A stretch of DNA of 64,000 nt from the human T2T-CHM13v2.0 reference genome, Homo sapiens. The notes under the pieces were generated by a model. That model made no database searches and was not told the origin of the DNA. It saw nothing but the letters and a program-made list of their open reading frames with translations. Positions 58,078 through 64,000 of the stretch are shown in pieces. The stretch lies in NCBI RefSeq assembly GCF_009914755.1, contig NC_060948.1; one strand, given 5' to 3'. The position numbers and the translations under genes are program-made. The first letter of the stretch is position 1; each line of letters opens with the position of its first letter.

Positions 58078-61000
58078 AAGCCTTTATAATATATGTAAAA
58101 TAGCCAATGATTTAGAGCATATTAATAATATAGATCAATGAAAAAATTATAAAATACATATCCTACCCTTCAAAATAAAACAAAATTGGGAAGACTTCCA
58201 GAAAATATAAGCAAAAATGTGTTCTTCCTCAAATGCTGAAGGGTTATAGTAGAAAGACCTTTGTCAGAGATTTTATTTGTTAAGTGACAAATGATTTAAT
58301 AGAAATCAAGCGTTTATTTTTCAGTTCACTGGAGCAAAGTTAAAAGCTGCAAAAACAACTCCTATGAAAGCCAGAGCTTCTAAGTGTAAGATAAAATTTT
58401 AAAAAAGAATAACACACTGACTATCAAGAAAAGAAACATCCCTGAGGTTTGGACTCCAGCAATATTAGTGTGAGAATAAACCTGACAGTTCATTGATACA
58501 GTAAACTGAGGAGTAAATTTAGATATATTTTCAGGAAAGAGACCATTTCTGTGTCCAGTGGGGTTGGGCACCCTGCCTAAATAATTGGTGGAAGAAAGCA
58601 TGATTCAGACATTTTGGTAAAATACTTAAGTCAGTACAGAGAGTCATGTCTCACAGATACTAGGATCTAACACAGAATGAGGTTTGTATTCAAATACATG
58701 AGAGAAAGATTTATATCTCAACCTCTATCCTGTGGTATATTCAAGACTGAGGTTAGATTGTTTCATGTTGCCTACAAAATATAAGGTCCCCAAAGGCAGA
58801 AATGGGTATACAATACTAGATTGAACAATTAAGTTCCTAAAAACCTAAAAAGGTTAACACAAAACTGCCCCACTAAGAATCACTTTACACTCAAGAACTA
58901 AAGATTGCTTTATCACTTCACAGACGACATTAACAATTCACAGATGGATGTTCCATGTCCTAAGGGGTAGCAAAGGAAGACACACTTAATGGTCATACTC
59001 AAGGATAAAAAGTTGAATCAAAAAAGTCTTCATAATGAGTAGGTTTAGGAGTTCTCTGAGATGAAGAAATGGAATCTAAAGGAAAAAAGATGTGGGTAGG
59101 AGGAAAAAAATAATCTTTTTTAAATAGACAATTATACATTATTGAAAAATCAACCATATATTAAAGGAACTCAAATAATATTTTGTTTGTTTGTTTCTTC
59201 TGCAGTAGACCCCGAACAAGTACAGTAGGAAAAGTACTTTCCTATGTTGATCTGTAGTAAGTTTGCCAGGTGCAGGGACATAACATTTCAATTTAAAATT
59301 TGATTACTTTTTGACAAACAATAAAGAATTTGTTTTCAGTATGAGCCTGTCCCATGAGATAACGAGAATTTTAGTAAGTTACTAGAATATTGAGAATTAT
59401 ACTAAAATGCTATTTGCTTATTTAAAATGAAAATATAACTGGTAATCCTGTATTATACCTGGTGACCGTAAATGAAACAGAAGTCAGGAAAGTGGAACTC
59501 AGTGGTGGAAGGTTTTATATACATTTACAAGAAACAAAAGAAGACAAAAATATACAGAAAGGGAAACACACAGATTTTGAAAATAATCTCTACAGAAAAT
59601 ATTTATCCACATAAAATATCATTTACTAGAAACATATTTTTAACTCTCAAAGATTATGCCAATATTAAAGACTTATCAAAAGACCAAGAGAAAGAAACAT
59701 AAAGCTTATTTTATTTTAGCAAAGAGAAAAATAAATCTCAAAATAAAAGAGGTAGGCAGGAAGTTTTTGTTTGTTTGTTTGTTTTGTTTTCTGAACGGGG
59801 CTAGACATAGGTTTTACTTTGTTTAAAAAATGCTATTGAATTTTTTTAATTTGATTCTTTAATTTTTTTAATTTGATTTTCTGATTTTTTTAATTTGATT
59901 TTTGAATTTGATTAACTACAGAAACTGTAGAAATTTGGTGATTAATGTCAAAAGCACAAAAAGAAAAAAATACGAGTAAGAAAAGTAAATGAATACAATT
60001 AGAAAAACAGGTGACGGGTGGGGAAAGGGAGAGAAGAACAAAGGCAGATAGGAGGCAAAGGCAGAGCCAAAGAAAATCTAGGGTAAATGAAAAACTGACT
60101 GAGCAGGTGTTAGTTATTTAGATAAGAGAGTAACCATATTAGATGTAAGCTGTTTAAACTCATGTGTTAAAATATAAAATACTCTACCGTTAGATTGATA
60201 AAAATTTGCTTTCACCTAGGAATAATCACACTGAAATATTGAAAATAAGGATTTAGAAAAAATTAACAAGTATTTATCCAAAAAAATTAGGCCACTGTTA
60301 TTATATAAGGAAAATGAGAATTTTAGAAAAAATGCAAGGAATAAAGATGGAGAACTATAGATGCAAGGCAACAGACAAAATATGAAACATCAAAATATTA
60401 AAAAATTTTAAAGATAATATAACAGTCACAAACATAAATTCCTCAGTAGCATTATCACAATATACATCTGAGGCAAATTTTATGAATATCTATTTATATA
60501 GACAAGCCCCAATTGTAGTGAGATGTGTTATATATGTGACTCATCTAGACTAATGAGTATACAGACATTTAGTCATCAATAGAAACACTTGGCAATGTTT
60601 GTGTACTTACTTTTCTTCAGTTTCAAAATGTGAAGCCAAGTAGTAGAGCATGTTTTCAGAATTTCACAGCTCTGCAATAGAGCAAATATTAATACAGAAT
60701 AACACTTTTCCCCTTCAACGTCAACTCCATCTAACCTAACTAGCATGATGCTTTGCCTTCTCACATGCTCTCTAGACATCCTACTCACCCTTCTTTTCTA
60801 GATCCACATTCTCATGATACTGTCTTCTAACAGAGCTTACTTGGATGCCAACACAATGCAGGCTTGTGAAGATATCCAAGCAAAGAAGGAACAGGAACTG
60901 CAAGATATCAAGTCGTAGTAAAATGAATAACTCAATTCTTACACATAAATATTTGGCAGAGTGTTTCAGCTGAAGCATTTACAGCTCTGACAAATCATCA

Positions 61001-62732
61001 CATGGCTGCTCTGCAGTAAACATATGTATTCCACCAAACTAATGTAAATGTTCAAATACCTCACTTTCTATCTCAAGCTACTGGGATGTATCTCCAAGGA
61101 AAACTTCCCAGTGGTTAAATCTTTTTATTCAGAAAAAATATGAGAGGTTTTAAGTTAGCAATTTTAAAAGGCAACCCTTTGTTAAAATGATTGTTCATAC
61201 TCCGGAAATTTGTGGCATGTTCACATTTGTTGCTAGAGCAGTTCTATTAAGACACTCATTGGAATATGTGATGCTTCTTGATAGGGACCTGTAACATGCC
61301 AGCTTTCAAGGGATGAGACCACGAATTCACATATACGCCATCTATCCTCAAATAACTGCTATCTACATAGGAAATAAAATGGAATAGGGGTGAAGTTTCA
61401 ATTCTTAGAGCTGGCATTTATTAAACTTTGCCTCAAAGATAATGTGATTTTTATGACTGACTTTTCAAATTAGCTTTTCTTCCCAAGTCCAGGCTCCCTT
61501 AATTTCCTCAGCCAATAAGAAAATATTTTTCAAAAATGCAAAAATTAGCAACAATTATGCTGACTCCACTACAGAAGAATTTGGATTCTGACTCATTGAT
61601 TAGCTTTCCAAATGCAATTTTATAATCTACTCCTAACAGATCTGGATTAAGACTCATTCACAAGATTTCCAAAAGCAATTTTTTAATAGGTTATATTCCA
61701 ACAACATACTCATCCATTTTTCATTATCCTTGGGATAAAAATGTCAGCTCCATCTTAAGGAGGATATGTTTAAATTTCTAAGAATTTGTATCACAACCAC
61801 AGACCCAAATATGTTTCATGTAATTTTGCTCCATAAATATTTTTCTTAAATAGAAAATGTTACTTTATTAAAATGACCCCCCAATTTTAACCATTTCAGT
61901 GGTCTAGTTAAACAGTTTCATACCAACTCTCTAAAACCTAAATTTAAACTGACCATAGGCCACTAATCTCTTACTTTTATAGACTCGAAGACAGAATTTA
62001 AATTAGGTTTAGTATTTATTTGTTTAATCTAAATCTTAGTTTCCTGGAATAATAAAGTTTGATGTTTAGCAAGAAAAGTACTTGAGTTTAAGCCAGTTTC
62101 AATACAAGCTTGCCTTCTGCATTATTATTGAGTAGCAGACATTAAGTGACTATAGTTACTGGGTATTAGTGATGGTAAACTTTGTGTTTTTCATTATGAA
62201 ATAATCTGTGTAACTGTTGGGTATATCAGTGCTTTCAAATGTGCTGCTTAGAATAGGATTAACTGTAAATTCATGTCAAGAATTAACTTGTGATTTGGCT
62301 GTTTCCTGAATTTTATAATATACATGTGCAGAAATGTATTCAAAATTGAGTAAGGAAGCACACCTCTATCAGCATGCTATTAAACTTGAACATCAAGTAT
62401 CATATATCGGTAGAGTTTTGGGGGTTTTTTTATTATTTGGGATTTTTTTTTTAATTGAGAGAAGCTCTCTTCTGTGCAGAATGGCTATTTCAAAGTATCT
62501 CACTGTTTGTTTTCCTGTTCCATGACTATTTTTTCCAGCAGTGGTGATGCATTGAAGTCCAGTTTTCTAGAAGGGGAGTGTCTCAACCCTAATTTTACTT
62601 TTCTAATTCTGGTAGCTGCAGGAATTTTTGAAAGTTTTGTTTAAGTAGTCTAATATTTTTTATGTAAAGAGCATTAAATTTTGCTGTGTATAAATTGTCA
62701 TAATCTAAAAGTGAATCAACATTTTCAGTCCT

Positions 62733-63020
62733 TGAATCCTAGAACTTTTGGGAGGCCGAGGCATGTGGATCATGAGATCAGGAGATTGGGCCCATCCTGA
62801 CTAACACGGTAAAACGCAGTCTCTACTAAAAACACAAAAAATTAGCCGGGCGTTGTGGCAGGTGCCTGCAGTCCCAGCTACTCCAGACGCTGAGGCCAGA
62901 GGATGGCGTGAACCCGGGAGGCAAAGCTTGCAGTGAGCCAAGATTGCACCAATGCTCTCCAACCTGGGCAACAGGGCAGACTCCATCTCAAAAAAAACAA
63001 AAAAAAAAAAAAAAGAAAAA
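62733..63020 (+). mobile_element. AluY-like
   Basis: CCATCCTGACTAACACGGT...GGATGGCGTGAACCCGGGAGG...long A tail. Confidence 0.9.
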
Positions 63021-64000
63021 ACTTCCGTCAGTGCCCAAGTGCCAAGCGCTTCCTATAGTTCTAATCAAGCGTTACAATAAATACTTGTAGAAAATAGTCA
63101 ATATTTATGCATGCTTATTTTGCTGACATCCATAAGTGGAAATAGTTGTAGATGTACTAAGAGTAATGAAGTAATATTATAGCTTCATTTACTTGCCTTT
63201 TTACTATATATAAATCTATCTTTGTCCCCAGTATGGTGTCACATTTGAATAATGTGCATAGTAAAGATTTCATGTTGTTATAAAAATCAAGTCTGTGAGT
63301 GCTACTTGTTTTATTTTTGGCAAAAATCTCTTCAGCAATTTAAGAAAATATTATAATCCACTGGGCTGTATTGGGCATAAAAGTGCCACTAACACTTCTG
63401 TAGTTCTCTGTATAAAGTTATACGTTTTATGACCAGTTTTGCAACAAATAAAATCTATCTACCAGTAAGATTAACAAGGCTTAAACTTGGGCAAAGTACA
63501 ACAATAAGTTTCCCTGTGTAGTTGGTTATTTTTTCAAATCAATAGTACAAAATTCTATGGAAAGGTTTACTCAGGAATATATAAAAAAAAAAAACCTGGT
63601 TCTAACAGTTACTCTCTAGAATAGCAGAGCTAAATATGTTACTCAGGATTTTATTTAATAATCTGTTTGAACTCCTTATCTGTCAACATGATTCTAAATT
63701 TGGGTTCTCTGCATCTGACATTTCTTAGTGCCTCATAGTCTTTATCACTATTGACACATGGCCATCTCTAATTCAGGTTCTGACTCTGGATCATCTCCTT
63801 TCATTCATGCATGGCAGGAGAAGAGTACACAGTTCAATTGGTGTACTATTTGTCACACTACATACTACCTTCTGTTTAAGTAACAATTTGTGCAATTATT
63901 TAATTCACACAAATCAACAGAGGAAAGTGTAAGTAATAGATAGGATCACCAGAAGTCTCTAAATTGTCAAAAGTGATCTTGCCACCTGGGAAGGAACCCT

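Noticed and set aside
59817-59912. (AATTTGATT)n-like repeats
   Set aside because: Low-complexity AT tract with no evidence of function.

Overview
This is primate, almost certainly human, genomic DNA from the ampliconic Y chromosome (PRY region, AZFb/AZFc amplicons). The locus is assigned by recognising protein sequences from memory, not by a database search. The + strand carries the three coding exons of PRY/PRY2 (3995-4063, 6650-6765, 16257-16515), which splice by GT-AG to an intact 147-aa ORF. Downstream lies a cluster of decayed gene copies: a processed ELOC pseudogene, a 5'-truncated CDY pseudogene, four exons of an unprocessed USP9Y pseudogene, and an internally deleted HSFY pseudogene. 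The rest is mostly repeats: a full-length L1PA and several partial L1s, about 20 Alus, a deleted HERV-K9/HML-3 provirus with both MER9 LTRs, solo or partial LTRs (LTR14C, LTR22, MER50, MER4, MER52), DNA transposon remnants and a ~1.3 kb degenerate TTAGGG array. I found no new multi-gene system. The most unusual observations are (1) a young AluYa5-type insertion flanked by a perfect 116-bp direct repeat that duplicates the HSFY pseudogene start codon, (2) frameshifts suggesting PRY derives from a longer ORF, leaving an overlapping uORF and a repeat-built 3' reading frame, and (3) the interstitial telomere-like array.
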